Source of the DNA: Parcubacteria group bacterium GW2011_GWA2_47_26
Lineage (GTDB): Bacteria > Patescibacteriota > Patescibacteriia > GWA2-47-26
Direction: 5' to 3'
Length of the DNA: 64,000 nucleotides
Assembly: GCA_001001705.1 (NCBI GenBank)
Contig: LCOG01000002.1
Location: forward strand, 20,056-84,055
The notes below the pieces were generated by a model, which was not told the DNA's origin, did not search any database, and saw only the letters and a list, made by a program, of their open reading frames with translations. The position numbers were made by a program, and so were the translations under genes. Below are positions 1-13,662 of this stretch, one piece after another (positions within the stretch are counted from its first letter, which is position 1; each line of letters starts with the position of its first letter).

Positions 1-12
1 GACAATTATAAA

Positions 13-1482
<1,470 letters not shown>

Positions 1483-1521
1483 ATTGTTGATGTAAATTTA
1501 AATATTTAAATATCCAAAAAT

Positions 1522-1923
1522 ATGCCCAACAATAAAACTAGAATTCTCTTGGTTGAGGACGATACATTTCTCGCCGGAATTTACGCTCATAAATTTGAGG
1601 CCGAGGGCTTTGAAGTTCTCCTTGCCACGGATGGCGAGGCGGGCGCTAAAGTCGCCGCCAAAGAATTGCCCAATATAATTCTACTGGATATTCTTCTGCC
1701 TAAAATGGACGGTTTTGAAGTTTTGGAAAAGGTTAAAGGCGATGCAAAAACCAAAAATATACCCGTAATCCTGCTTACTAATCTTGGCCAGAAAGAAGAC
1801 GTTGATAAGGGATTGAAATTAGGGGCTTCAGATTACTTAATTAAGGCACATTTTATGCCCCAGGAAACCGTGGAGAAGGTTAAGAAGGTTCTAGCTGCTA
1901 ATCCTGCAAGGTCTGGGAAATAG
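1522..1923 (+). CDS. Single-domain response regulator (receiver only)
   Basis: ILLVEDD, LLDILLPKMDG, LLTN, GASDYLIK. Confidence 0.92.
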   Translation: MPNNKTRILLVEDDTFLAGIYAHKFEAEGFEVLLATDGEAGAKVAAKELPNIILLDILLPKMDGFEVLEKVKGDAKTKNIPVILLTNLGQKEDVDKGLKLGASDYLIKAHFMPQETVEKVKKVLAANPARSGK

Positions 1924-1929
1924 ACGGGT

Positions 1930-3126
1930 ATGCCGCTTTTTCGTTATCGCGCGAAAGATGCTCAAGGCAGGATGGTTGAAGGCCGCGTAGAGGCGTCGAC
2001 CCTCATTCTAGCCGAGGCTGCGCTTAAAGATCGCGGTTATGAGATTGTTTTACTTGGAGAGGTAAAACGCAAATTCAGTCTTCCGACTTGGGAGCGGGTT
2101 AAAACCCGCGACCTTGTTATTTTTGCGCGGCAGTTGTCCGTGCTCATTGGGGCTAATGTTCCAATCGTGCAGTCGTTGCGTACAGTTGTGCGTCAAACGC
2201 CCAGCCCAGTTTTAAATAAAATATTGCATCAAGTTGCTGATGAGGTTGAGGCAGGAGCGCGACTGTCGCTTGCCTTTGCTAAACACCCCAAGATTTTTGA
2301 TGAATTTTTTGTGAACATGATAAAAGCGGGCGAGACTGCCGGCCGTTTGAACGAAGTTCTGGGTTATCTTGCTGATCAAAAAGAAAAAGACTACGATCTC
2401 AATTCAAAAATTCGCGGGGCCATGATGTATCCTGCCTTCATAATATTCGGCATGATTGTGGTCGGGATTATCCTGCTGGTTTATATTATTCCGCAATTGA
2501 CCTCCACGCTTCAGGAAGCTGGAGTGGAGCTTCCTTTGACTACGCGGCTTTTAATTGGGGCTTCCAGGGCCGTGAAAGAATACGGCTGGTTAATGCTTAT
2601 TGGTCTTATAGCTCTAGTCGCTGGTCTTCGTTACGGTTTGCGCAATCCTGAATTCCGCGCGGGCTGGGATAAAAATAAACTGCGCTTGCCCGTTGTCGGT
2701 GCGCTGTTTCAGCGCATTTATTTAGCGCGTTTTTCACGCAGTTTGAATACTCTGCTTGCCGGCGGTGTTGACATTGTTGCCAGTTTGAAAGGCGTGGGCA
2801 AGGTTATTGGCAATGCGCACTATGAACGGCTCGTGCGACAAACTGTGCGCGAGGTAGAAGACGGCAATTCAATCATTACCGTATTTAAAGACGATCCTTT
2901 AGTGCCCGCCATGATCTCGCAAATGCTTTCGGTTGGCGAGGAAACTGGCCAGCTTTCCGGAATTTTGGAAAAGCTCACGAATTTTTATACGCGCGAAGTT
3001 GATAATGCCGTTACTGATCTAGTGTCCGTTATTGAACCACTGCTTATGATTGCAATTGGCGTGGGGGTCGGCATGATTGTGGCTTCAATAATTTTGCCCA
3101 TGTACCGTTTGTCCGGACAGTTTTAG
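1930..3126 (+). CDS. pilC: Type IV pilus inner membrane platform protein PilC/GspF
   Basis: FARQLSVLIGA, AGETAGRL, MYPAF, VGEETGQL, IEPLLMI. Confidence 0.93.
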   Translation: MPLFRYRAKDAQGRMVEGRVEASTLILAEAALKDRGYEIVLLGEVKRKFSLPTWERVKTRDLVIFARQLSVLIGANVPIVQSLRTVVRQTPSPVLNKILHQVADEVEAGARLSLAFAKHPKIFDEFFVNMIKAGETAGRLNEVLGYLADQKEKDYDLNSKIRGAMMYPAFIIFGMIVVGIILLVYIIPQLTSTLQEAGVELPLTTRLLIGASRAVKEYGWLMLIGLIALVAGLRYGLRNPEFRAGWDKNKLRLPVVGALFQRIYLARFSRSLNTLLAGGVDIVASLKGVGKVIGNAHYERLVRQTVREVEDGNSIITVFKDDPLVPAMISQMLSVGEETGQLSGILEKLTNFYTREVDNAVTDLVSVIEPLLMIAIGVGVGMIVASIILPMYRLSGQF

Positions 3127-3131
3127 TCTAT

Positions 3132-3170
3132 TTGTGACCTAGTCACATTTTTATGTGGCTAGGTCACAAA
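3132..3170. repeat. Family E palindrome (GTGACC..GTCAC type), intergenic
   Basis: ttgtgacctagtcacatttttatgtggctaggtcacaa; a half copy lies at 8311-8328. Confidence 0.75.
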
Positions 3171-3254
3171 TCACATCACAAAGGGTCTATCGTAAGTCCA
3201 CTAGATTATGTTATACTAAATATATTCAAGCTATGTGGATAACTGACACCGAAG

Positions 3255-3335
3255 GTGTCAGCCTGACCCCGCCAAAGCGGGGGAAGGATCCCCAGCATAC
3301 AAGAATGAGATTCTTCACTATGTTCAGAATGACAC
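3255..3335. repeat. Family A palindrome (GTCA...GAAGGATCCC...ATTCTTC...CAGAATGAC); its end contains the probable pilin ATG at 3329
   Basis: Shares arms with the copies at 15210, 45577 and 55407. Confidence 0.75.
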
Positions 3336-3868
3336 TATCAAAGCGCGGGCCTGCCCACCGAGTGTTACGGGGCGAAGCGCCGAACGGTATGTGCGGCGGG
3401 ACGAGAGGCGGGTTTACTTTAGTGGAGCTCCTTATTGCTATCGCGATTATTGGAATTCTCTCCACCGTGGCAACCGTGTCCTTGACCAAAGCCCGTCGTC
3501 ATGCGCGGGATACAAAACGGGCTTCGGATATCCAGCAGATGCGCAATGCTTTGCTGATTTATTCTAATCAAAAGGCGGGTTATCCAGATGGGTCGGTTAC
3601 AGAATGTACTACTATAGGATGTGTTTTGGGCGAGGGGCAGGCACAATGTCTTGATGATTCCGTGGCCGGATTACATGCGTCCGGTACTTGCGACGGCCTA
3701 ATCATTATGCAGCGGGTTCCTAAAGAAATAGTGGCTACCCACCCGCCATATCGTTATCTGAAAACGGCGACAGGATATACGATTAGTTTTACATTGGAAG
3801 GTGCGGTTGGAGATTTATCGGGCGGCAATTGTATTGCGAAACCGGAAAATATAACATGTAGTCCGTAA
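3329..3868 (+). CDS. Type IV pilin / GspG-like protein with a family F insert in its leader
   Basis: G|FTLVELLIAIAIIGIL; ARDTKRASDI; start at 3329 inferred. Confidence 0.85.
   Translation: MTLSKRGPAHRVLRGEAPNGMCGGTRGGFTLVELLIAIAIIGILSTVATVSLTKARRHARDTKRASDIQQMRNALLIYSNQKAGYPDGSVTECTTIGCVLGEGQAQCLDDSVAGLHASGTCDGLIIMQRVPKEIVATHPPYRYLKTATGYTISFTLEGAVGDLSGGNCIAKPENITCSP
3347..3412 (+). repeat. Family F element (GGGCCTGCCC...GAGAGGCGGG), in frame in a pilin leader
   Basis: Near-identical to 7458-7523. Confidence 0.85.
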
Positions 3869-3942
3869 AGGTCTTTATGTTCTGGCAAAAATTCATGGCT
3901 TAAGCCGATTTTTGCTAGAACAATCAGAAAGGGGGTGAGATA

Positions 3943-4476
3943 ATGAAGAAACAAACATACAAGAAAGGGTTTACTTTGATCGAGCTATTGGTGGTAATTG
4001 CCATTATCGGAATCTTATCAACCTTAGCCGTTATCTCACTGGGTAACGCCAGAACAAAAGCACGTGATTCCAAGAGACTTTCGGATATGCGCAGTGTAGA
4101 GAGTGCTTTGGAAATTTATTACACGGATCAGCAGGCGTATCCAGTAGCCGCCACTACCAATCCATGTCTTATAGCCACGAGCATTGAGAATTGTTGTTTG
4201 AATAATATTTCCGGGGCAGAAGGTGGTTGGAAAACCGCCGGCAACTGCACAGGGGGTTCTACCCTGATAACAGTTCCGAACGATCCTAGAAACACAGGGA
4301 CATGGGATAACTACGTTTATTTGCGACCAGATGCCAATACTTATTCTGTTGAATTTGCTCTAGAAGCGGATCCTGATAGCACTGGTCCACTTGTGATTAC
4401 GTCATCTACCACAACGACAAACTGTCTCTCATCAGGAGGTATGACTGCAAATACAGGCGCGGCAGGATGTCCGTAG
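3943..4476 (+). CDS. Type IV pilin, probably the major pilin
   Basis: MKKQTYKKG|FTLIELLVVIAIIGIL; Shine-Dalgarno-like aaagggggtga upstream. Confidence 0.92.
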   Translation: MKKQTYKKGFTLIELLVVIAIIGILSTLAVISLGNARTKARDSKRLSDMRSVESALEIYYTDQQAYPVAATTNPCLIATSIENCCLNNISGAEGGWKTAGNCTGGSTLITVPNDPRNTGTWDNYVYLRPDANTYSVEFALEADPDSTGPLVITSSTTTTNCLSSGGMTANTGAAGCP

Positions 4477-4568
4477 TCAGAGTCATAAGATGTATATGTG
4501 AAAGTAAAGGATCGCCCATACACAGGGGCGGTCCTTTTGTGGTACACTACAGATGTAGAACAACTGTT

Positions 4569-5504
4569 ATGAATATAATTTTTGTCATAATACTTGGCCT
4601 TGTCGTGGGCAGTTTTTTGAATGCCTATATTTTTCGTTTGCATAGAAGTACAACTCTTAACCCTTCCCTGCATAACCCCCTCCAACTCCCCCTTATCTTA
4701 AGGGGGAGAGATCGATCACCCCCCCCTCTTAGGATAAGAGGGGGTGAGGGGGAGTTACGAAGTGTCTGGCGCGGCAGGTCATACTGTCCAAAATGTAAAA
4801 AACCCTTAGCCTGGTATGAACTGATTCCAGTTCTGTCGTTTATTTTACAGTTGCGCCGTTGTCGCGGCTGTAAGCAAAGGATTGATTGGCAGTACCCGGT
4901 GGTGGAGTTGAGTACGGCAGTTCTGTTTGTGCTGGCTTATCTAGCACAAAGAATTATGAATCAGGCCGTAATTCATGATTTCCTATTCCTGATTCAACAA
5001 CTGGTAGCCTGGTACTTGCTTTCCGTCCTTGTCATCCTTTTCGTTTTTGATCTCCGCTATGGCCTAGTGCCGGATAGAATGGTGTTGCCTGCGATTGTGA
5101 TAGCGTTTTTTAGCATGGTCATCCTAAATGCAGTGAAGGATCCCATGATTCCCGATATAGACGGGATTCTTCGCTTCGCTCAGAATGGCACAAACCTCTA
5201 CGTTCTCTTAGCCATCGCTGTCGGCGCCGGATTTTTTGCTTTACAATACTACGCTTCAAAAGGCCGCTGGCTTGGCGCTGGCGATATTCGTATTGGCGCT
5301 TTAATGGGAGCAATGTTGGGCTGGCCGCTGATTATTGAGGCACTGGTTCTATCCTACATGATCGGCGGAGTCGTTGGACTGCTATTGATTGCAACAGGTA
5401 AAAAGCGTTTTGGCCAAACTGTGCCTTTAGGAACATTTTTAACTCTGGGCACAGCAATAACTTTTTTATATGGCGAACAAATTTGGCATTGGTATTGGGG
5501 ATAA
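4569..5504 (+). CDS. pilD: Prepilin peptidase PilD with two in-frame palindromic inserts
   Basis: GSFLNA, RSYCPKC, ELIPVLSF, RCRGC, QYPVVEL, GAGDI, PLGTFL. Confidence 0.92.
   Translation: MNIIFVIILGLVVGSFLNAYIFRLHRSTTLNPSLHNPLQLPLILRGRDRSPPPLRIRGGEGELRSVWRGRSYCPKCKKPLAWYELIPVLSFILQLRRCRGCKQRIDWQYPVVELSTAVLFVLAYLAQRIMNQAVIHDFLFLIQQLVAWYLLSVLVILFVFDLRYGLVPDRMVLPAIVIAFFSMVILNAVKDPMIPDIDGILRFAQNGTNLYVLLAIAVGAGFFALQYYASKGRWLGAGDIRIGALMGAMLGWPLIIEALVLSYMIGGVVGLLLIATGKKRFGQTVPLGTFLTLGTAITFLYGEQIWHWYWG
4671..4759. repeat. Family B element (TAACCCC...CCCCTTA..TAAGGGG...GGGGAGTTA), in frame in pilD
   Basis: Encodes HNPLQLPLILRGRDRSPPPLRIRGGEGELR; matches 43943 and 46515. Confidence 0.88.
5118..5189. 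repeat. Family A element, in frame in pilD
   Basis: Encodes VILNAVKDPMIPDIDGILRFAQNG. Confidence 0.85.
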
Positions 5505-6144
5505 TGGGCGCGGGCCTGCCCGACTGAAATTTCTGCCGTGCAAAAATTTGGGTGGTTTTACTTTGGCAGAAGTTTTAGTAGCGATGTTTATTTTTACTGT
5601 TATCACAACAGCGGTGGTTGTTAATTATCGAGTGGGCGATCGCAATACTGAATTACGTCTTGCCGCAGAAGAAGTCGCCTCGTTTATTCGCAATGCGCAA
5701 ATTATGGCCCAAGCCGGGCGGACGATAAAATTATGCGTAAGCGGTGGTGTTCAGGACAGAGTATGCGAAGGAGCCGTGGGAGTTTGTAGTGGTGGAACAA
5801 CCTGCAGTGATCAAACGCCACGCGGCGGTTATGGAATATTTTTGCAGGCTGCTAGTACCCCCCCGATATTTTTTGCAAATAGCATAAATCCAGACGAAAG
5901 AAGTTATAATGAAGGCGAAAATGTACCGACTATTAGACTACAACTTCCTTCAAAAATTAGCATCGCATCAATTAATCCGTCGTTACCGCTCACGATCGTC
6001 TTTGCACCGCCACGGCCGCGGACCTGGATAAATAATAACAGTGACATTGTAGAGGCACGCATCATCTTACAGCATGCCGATACTGGTGCGACACGTACCG
6101 TAATTATCAAAAGCGTGAGCGGCAGAATAGAAGTTAATCCGTAA
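5470..6144 (+). CDS. Minor pilin (FimT/GspH-like); start uncertain; F-like insert at about 5512-5556
   Basis: G|FTLAEVLVAMFIF. Confidence 0.8.
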   Translation: MANKFGIGIGDNGRGPARLKFLPCKNLGGFTLAEVLVAMFIFTVITTAVVVNYRVGDRNTELRLAAEEVASFIRNAQIMAQAGRTIKLCVSGGVQDRVCEGAVGVCSGGTTCSDQTPRGGYGIFLQAASTPPIFFANSINPDERSYNEGENVPTIRLQLPSKISIASINPSLPLTIVFAPPRPRTWINNNSDIVEARIILQHADTGATRTVIIKSVSGRIEVNP

Positions 6145-6262
6145 TCCCGTTAGAAGCCGCGGTCGCGTTATTATCTGGCACAATATTTATGCAGAGGGTC
6201 AATTTTACCAAAATAAATCTAACCGGCAGGGCGGAGAGACCGCAACCTGCTTCTCACGGGAT
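6144..6262. mobile_element. Family C MITE-like element (ATCCCGTTAGAAG...CTTCTcACGGGAT) ending in the next gene's ATG
   Basis: Terminal inverted repeats; same arms as 16804 and 26816. Confidence 0.85.
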
Positions 6263-6848
6263 GAAAAAAGGACAAGGACTGTTGGAAACCATTGTCGCGC
6301 TTGGCATTATTATGACCGGGCTTATGGCTACGATTACTCTTGTGATTTCTAATTTGCGCGCGCAGCGCGATAGCGCGAGCCGGCTTGTTGCGGTAAATTT
6401 GGCGCGCGAGGGTGTTGAGGTCGTGCGAGCAATTCGGGATACGAATTGGCTTGCTGGGAGTGATACTTGGGCAGGTATTCTGCGGGGTAGCGACACCACG
6501 GCCGTGCTCCAGTTTGAGCCATCGACCTTGAGCTACGAGCTCAACTATGACCCGTCCGGTATAGACAATGTGCAAGCGCAAATTTGTAAATCCAGCGTCG
6601 AAGACCACAGAGGAGTGTATGTTCAGCCGGGGCCATGTGGTCGTCCTGGTTTAGAACCTACGCGATTTCGGCGCCTTCTTAATGTAACGAGTATAAAGTG
6701 CCGTGACGATGGCGCTTTGAGTGTCGCATGTGTTGAACTGGGGTCTGATACTGTAGTGGGTATAACAGTGAATTCTGCTGTGCGATGGGACGAAGGCGGA
6801 CAAACAAAAAATGTGGAAATTATAGAAAAGCTATATGACTGGCGGTAA
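6261..6848 (+). CDS. Minor pilin (PilV-like)
   Basis: MKKGQGLLETIVALGII; AVNLAREGVEVVRAIRDTNW. Confidence 0.8.
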   Translation: MKKGQGLLETIVALGIIMTGLMATITLVISNLRAQRDSASRLVAVNLAREGVEVVRAIRDTNWLAGSDTWAGILRGSDTTAVLQFEPSTLSYELNYDPSGIDNVQAQICKSSVEDHRGVYVQPGPCGRPGLEPTRFRRLLNVTSIKCRDDGALSVACVELGSDTVVGITVNSAVRWDEGGQTKNVEIIEKLYDWR

Positions 6849-7416
6849 AAAAGGATTCACTTTAATGGAGATGCTTGTGGCTTTGGCGATATTTTCTACG
6901 GTGGTGACGATCACTACGGACATCTTTTTTTCCTATCAACGCACCCAGCGCAAAACCGAGGAGCTGCAAAAAGTTGTCAGTACGGCGCGTTTTGTTTCTG
7001 AAGCCATCGTGCGCGAGGTTAAGGAAGGCACGATTGATTATGGATACACCAATTATGTACGTAGCGGTGATGCTCTTAGCAACCCCCAGACTGTTTTAGC
7101 GTTAAAAGACGCCGAAGGTCGCCAAGTAATATTCAGTCAATCAGGTCAGAATGGGTGTCCAGAAGGATCAGATCCATGTATTATTCTGACCCGCGATAGT
7201 GGGTCAGAAAGCATTACACCTAGAGGTGTGCGCGTGAATTCTTTGCAGTTTTATATCTCGCCAGCGCAAGACCCTTATAGTTTTGACATCGGACGCGGTG
7301 CTTTTATGAGTAATGCCCAGCCGCGCGTTACGGTTTTTATGTCGCTCATGGATAGTGAAAGACGCACGCAATACGATTTGCAAACTACAGTGGTAAGTCG
7401 GGCGTATAAACGGTGA
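6835..7416 (+). CDS. Minor pilin (PilW/GspJ-like)
   Basis: KKG|FTLMEMLVALAIF. Confidence 0.85.
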   Translation: MTGGKKGFTLMEMLVALAIFSTVVTITTDIFFSYQRTQRKTEELQKVVSTARFVSEAIVREVKEGTIDYGYTNYVRSGDALSNPQTVLALKDAEGRQVIFSQSGQNGCPEGSDPCIILTRDSGSESITPRGVRVNSLQFYISPAQDPYSFDIGRGAFMSNAQPRVTVFMSLMDSERRTQYDLQTTVVSRAYKR

Positions 7417-7418
7417 GT

Positions 7419-8294
7419 ATGAAATTTATAATGAAGAATATAGAATGTAAAATGGACGGGCCTGCCCGCCGAGTGTTATGGGGCGAAGAACCGAATGGCA
7501 TGCGCGGCGGGGCGAGAGGCGGGTACTCTCTGCTTTTGGCTTTGCTCATTACTGCGTCAGTCGCGGCGGCGTCTTCGGCGTTGGCGCGAATTATTGTGGC
7601 GGAAATCCGGCAGACTCGTTTTGTGGATAATGCCATTGTGGCGCAAGCCGCGGCCGAAAGCGGAGGAGAGCTGGGATTATTTCTGTTAAGAAAGACAAAC
7701 TATTTCAATAATCCACTCATTGCCGAGGCTATCTTGTCTCCCATTTCTATTGATACCGCTGGAGGTATCAGAGCAAGTGTAGTGGTTAGACCAACAGAAA
7801 CGCTACCAGTCTTTACCATTAGACAGAATGACTTCATCTCTTTTGCCATCCCTAATACTAGCCGCGCCCCACATCAAATAAACATCGCTTGGCGACCACT
7901 TGATCCAGTGGCCTGTGGTTCTAGTTGGATAGAAGTGGCACAGACGGTCTGGGATCCAGAAGATTTTTCAACTACTTACAATGCATGGCGTCAGCCGTAT
8001 TCCGCTCCTGCGAGAGCCACTGAAACTGTCGCAGTGCCTTTATTTTTAAGATCCAGAGGCGGACCGCGTGCTTTAGCGGTTGAGGAGTTGCGCATCAAGG
8101 CACTTTATTGTGATATTGCAGAATTACGTATCACCCCCTCTGAGCTATCCTCACGTGTTACTATTAATGCAATAGGCGAATATCGCGATTCAAAACAAGC
8201 CTTTAACATCGTCGCTCCCCGCAGTGCGCCTTTAGGCGGGTTGTTTGATTTTGTACTCTTTTCAGAAAGTGAGCTTAAAAAAGGAGTGGACTAA
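7419..8294 (+). CDS. PilX-like minor pilin with a family F insert in its leader
   Basis: G|YSLLLALLI; AQAAAESGGE; last gene of the minor-pilin run. Confidence 0.7.
   Translation: MKFIMKNIECKMDGPARRVLWGEEPNGMRGGARGGYSLLLALLITASVAAASSALARIIVAEIRQTRFVDNAIVAQAAAESGGELGLFLLRKTNYFNNPLIAEAILSPISIDTAGGIRASVVVRPTETLPVFTIRQNDFISFAIPNTSRAPHQINIAWRPLDPVACGSSWIEVAQTVWDPEDFSTTYNAWRQPYSAPARATETVAVPLFLRSRGGPRALAVEELRIKALYCDIAELRITPSELSSRVTINAIGEYRDSKQAFNIVAPRSAPLGGLFDFVLFSESELKKGVD
7458..7523 (+). repeat. Family F element, in frame
   Basis: Encodes GPARRVLWGEEPNGMRGGARG. Confidence 0.85.
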
Positions 8295-8321
8295 ATTATG
8301 GGGTAATGATTTGTGACCTAG

Positions 8322-10469
<2,148 letters not shown>

Positions 10470-10501
10470 AGTAAGGTGAACACGTCGAAGTGATACATAT
10501 T

Positions 10502-12355
10502 ATGCTTTCATCAGTTGATGAAATAAAAATACGACTGGATATTGTTGATTTTATTTCGACGTATGTGCAGTTAAAAAGAGCAGGCGCCAATTTTAAGGCG
10601 CTTTGCCCTTTTCATACTGAAAAAACGCCATCATTCATGATCTCCAAGGCAAAGCAGATGTGGTACTGTTTTGGTTGTAATGAAGGCGGGGATATTTTTA
10701 AGTTTTTAATGAAGATGGAAGGATTGGATTTTCCCGAAGCCCTAAAAATTTTAGCGGATAAGGCCGGGGTGGAGTTGCCCAAATACGACAAGCGGCTTGA
10801 AAGTCAAAAAAATACTCTACTAGAAATTCTGCGGCTAGCAGTAGAATTTTATTCAAAACAGTTGCATGCTCCGGCAGGACAGTCGGCTTTGAATTATTTG
10901 CAAAGGCGCGGTTTATCCGAAAATGTGATCAATCAGTTTGCCTTAGGTTATGCGCCGGATTCTTGGGATGCTCTTACTAACACCTTGCGTGCGCGATTTA
11001 AACCTGAAGACATATTTGCAGCCGGCCTTGTTGTGAAGAAAAATAGGGACGTTTCTAATTTTGCAAAGCAAAATTTAGAGACGTCCCATTTTTCCTCGTA
11101 CTACGACCGTTTTCGTCATCGGATTATGTTTCCCATCCGTGATGTCAACGGCAATGCAGTGGGCTTTACAAGTCGGCTTTTGGACGAGAAACGCGCTGAA
11201 GGCAAGTATATTAATACCCCCGAAACCATGCTCTACAACAAAAGCCGCGTGCTTTATGGGTTGGATTTAGCGCGCCAAGCTATGCGCCAATTGAATTACG
11301 CCGTGATTGTAGAGGGCAATATGGACGTGATTGCCTGCCATCAGTTTGGCATGTCTAATGTGGTGGCCGCCTCCGGCACTGCCATGACCATCGATCATCT
11401 TAGATTGCTCAAACGCTATACAAATAATCTTGCCATTGCCTTTGATGCTGATCCGGCTGGCGTCAGTGCCGCGAAACGCGGTATTGATCTTGCTCTGCAA
11501 GAAGGAATGAGGGTCAAGATTATTACAATTCCCAAAGATTGCGGCAAGGATCCCGATGAATGTATTCGTAAGAATAAAAAGGCTTGGGCCATTGCAGTTG
11601 GTGCGGCTCGCGAAGTCATGGATTATTATTTGGAGCGTGCAACTCGCAATTTTGATATAAAAACCGCAAAGGGTAAATCCGATTTTGCCAATCTCCTAAT
11701 GACCGAAATTAAAAAATTGCCGGATTTGATAGAACAAGATTTTTGGTTGAAAAAAGTTGCCGAGGCCTTGCGCGTTGATGATAAGTTATTGCGGGAGCAG
11801 ATGGCAAGAGTTGGTAACGCCCCTCAACCTCCTCTTAAGTTAAGAAAGGGAGTTACGCGTGAGGTGCCGGCAGAGACTAATATGCGCCCGAGGGCCGAGC
11901 TACTTTCGGAACGACTGCTTGCCCTTTTTCTGGCCGTGCCGCAATACGCGGAAAGCATCATTGAAGCTGTGCTTCCGGAGATGTTTTGTCCCGCGGGCAA
12001 TCAAGACCTTTACACCCAACTTGTGCAATGTTATACTGCTTATAATTCACAAGGCTCCGCTTCGGCGGGGGCTGATTTCAGCCAATTTTGGCATAACTGG
12101 TGCGTAAATCACGCACCAGAACTTTCATCCACAGCCGCTATTCTTGAACTTTATAAAGACAAGGAGTTTGCGGGTTGGGACGACATCCAGTTAAGGCGGG
12201 AAAAAAATTTTTTAACTAAAGAAATTCGGCGCGAATATTTACACAAGCGCCGTTTTGAGCTTACCGAAGCAATGCGCCAAGCCGAGAAAGAGGATGATAA
12301 AGCGCAGGTGGCTGAACTTACCCGCGAATTTGAGGCGCTTGCGGCGCAAGAATAG
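10502..12355 (+). CDS. dnaG: DNA primase
   Basis: CPFHTEKTPSF, CFGC, KYINTPET, VEGNMDV, AFDADPAG, KDPDE. Confidence 0.97.
   Translation: MLSSVDEIKIRLDIVDFISTYVQLKRAGANFKALCPFHTEKTPSFMISKAKQMWYCFGCNEGGDIFKFLMKMEGLDFPEALKILADKAGVELPKYDKRLESQKNTLLEILRLAVEFYSKQLHAPAGQSALNYLQRRGLSENVINQFALGYAPDSWDALTNTLRARFKPEDIFAAGLVVKKNRDVSNFAKQNLETSHFSSYYDRFRHRIMFPIRDVNGNAVGFTSRLLDEKRAEGKYINTPETMLYNKSRVLYGLDLARQAMRQLNYAVIVEGNMDVIACHQFGMSNVVAASGTAMTIDHLRLLKRYTNNLAIAFDADPAGVSAAKRGIDLALQEGMRVKIITIPKDCGKDPDECIRKNKKAWAIAVGAAREVMDYYLERATRNFDIKTAKGKSDFANLLMTEIKKLPDLIEQDFWLKKVAEALRVDDKLLREQMARVGNAPQPPLKLRKGVTREVPAETNMRPRAELLSERLLALFLAVPQYAESIIEAVLPEMFCPAGNQDLYTQLVQCYTAYNSQGSASAGADFSQFWHNWCVNHAPELSSTAAILELYKDKEFAGWDDIQLRREKNFLTKEIRREYLHKRRFELTEAMRQAEKEDDKAQVAELTREFEALAAQE
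11040..11093. repeat. Family D palindrome (GGGAC..TCTAATTTTGC..GCAAAATTTAGA..GTCCC), in frame in dnaG
   Basis: Encodes NRDVSNFAKQNLETSHF just before YYDRFR. Confidence 0.88.
11814..11856. repeat. Short family B element, in frame in the dnaG linker
   Basis: taacgcccctcaacctcctcttaagttaagaaagggagttac. Confidence 0.75.
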
Positions 12356-12382
12356 GGATGCCTATTATTAAATTCAAAGATC

Positions 12383-13552
12383 ATGCCGAAGAAAAAAATC
12401 AAAGCCAAAACCAAAGTTAAAAAAATCAAACGCAAAAAAATCGTGCGCCGTCCTAAAGTTGCGCCTCCGTCCGAAGAAGCAGTGAACGCTTTATTTCAAA
12501 AAGGGCGCATGCGCGGATTTTTTACAGAAACGGAATTGATGTACGCCTTTCCCGAAGTGGAAGAGCACTTGGATTTTTACGAAAAATTTTTAGACCGCAT
12601 TGAACAAGCTGGTTTGAATGTTGTTGAAACGCGCGAGTCAATTTTAGGGGCTCGACCGCAATATGAAGAAACCCTTAAAAAAGTTAAATCCGCAAAGGAA
12701 GAAGTAAAAAGTGTAGGCATAGGTGAAATCTCTGCGGATTCAGTGCAAATTTATTTGCGTGAGATTGGTAAGATTCCTCTTTTAACTCCGGAGGAAGAAG
12801 TGGCTTTGGCTAAGCGCAAGGAAAGGAATGACAAAGAAGCGGAGAAACGTTTGATTGAGGCAAACTTGCGGCTCGTGGTTTCTATTGCCAAAAAATTCGT
12901 GGGCAAGAGTCTTTCGCTTTTGGATCTTATCCAAGAGGGCAATATCGGGCTTTTCCGCGCTGTAAAAAAATTTGAATATCGCAAAGGGTACAAATTTTCC
13001 ACTTACGCGACATGGTGGATTAGGCAGGCCATCACCCGCGCCATTGCTGATCAGTCGCGCACTATCCGTATTCCCGTGCACATGGTTGAGACCATTAATC
13101 GGTTTCAAACGGTGGAGCGCCGGCTCATTCAAGATTTAGGACGTGAACCATTGCCTGAAGAGATTGCCGCGGAAATGGGCGAGTCGGTTGAGAAAATCAA
13201 TTATATTATCAAGATCGCCCAAGATACGGTCTCGCTAGAAACTTCCGTTGGTGAAGATGAAGAGGATTCTACGCTCATGGATTTCATCGAGGATATCCGC
13301 AGTATTCCGCCCGATCGTGCCGCGGCCCAGCAACTTTTGCGTGAATATGTGCGGGAATCTATAAAGGATCTTAGCCCGCGCGAGCAAAAAATTCTGGAAA
13401 TGCGTTTTGGGCTTGTAGATGGCATTACTCATACTCTTGAAGAAGTGGGGCGAGAATTTGACGTTACCCGCGAGCGCATTCGGCAGATTGAAGCAAAGGC
13501 CCTGGACAAAATTCGCGCCCAGGCTACTATTGAAAAATTGCGGGACTATTGA
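12383..13552 (+). CDS. rpoD: Primary RNA polymerase sigma factor
   Basis: [49 protein letters not shown]; follows dnaG. Confidence 0.96.
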   Translation: MPKKKIKAKTKVKKIKRKKIVRRPKVAPPSEEAVNALFQKGRMRGFFTETELMYAFPEVEEHLDFYEKFLDRIEQAGLNVVETRESILGARPQYEETLKKVKSAKEEVKSVGIGEISADSVQIYLREIGKIPLLTPEEEVALAKRKERNDKEAEKRLIEANLRLVVSIAKKFVGKSLSLLDLIQEGNIGLFRAVKKFEYRKGYKFSTYATWWIRQAITRAIADQSRTIRIPVHMVETINRFQTVERRLIQDLGREPLPEEIAAEMGESVEKINYIIKIAQDTVSLETSVGEDEEDSTLMDFIEDIRSIPPDRAAAQQLLREYVRESIKDLSPREQKILEMRFGLVDGITHTLEEVGREFDVTRERIRQIEAKALDKIRAQATIEKLRDY

Positions 13553-13575
13553 TATTATAATTTCTCCGACAGAGC

Positions 13576-13647
13576 TCCGAGGTGGCGCAGCGGTAGCGCA
13601 GGGGACTGTTAATCCCTTGGTCGTGGGTTCGAATCCCACCCTCGGAG
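13576..13647 (+). tRNA. tRNA-Asn(GTT), CCA not encoded
   Basis: Acceptor stem TCCGAGG/CCTCGGA, anticodon loop CTGTTAA, T-loop GTTCGAATC. Confidence 0.95.
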
Positions 13648-13662
13648 CTCTGTCGGAATACT

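Noticed and set aside
3155-3328. Long N-terminal extension of the first pilin ORF (likewise 4467, 6189, 18354, 41767 and 41954 starts)
   Set aside because: The extensions run through repeats or promoter DNA, and family motifs begin at later ATGs.
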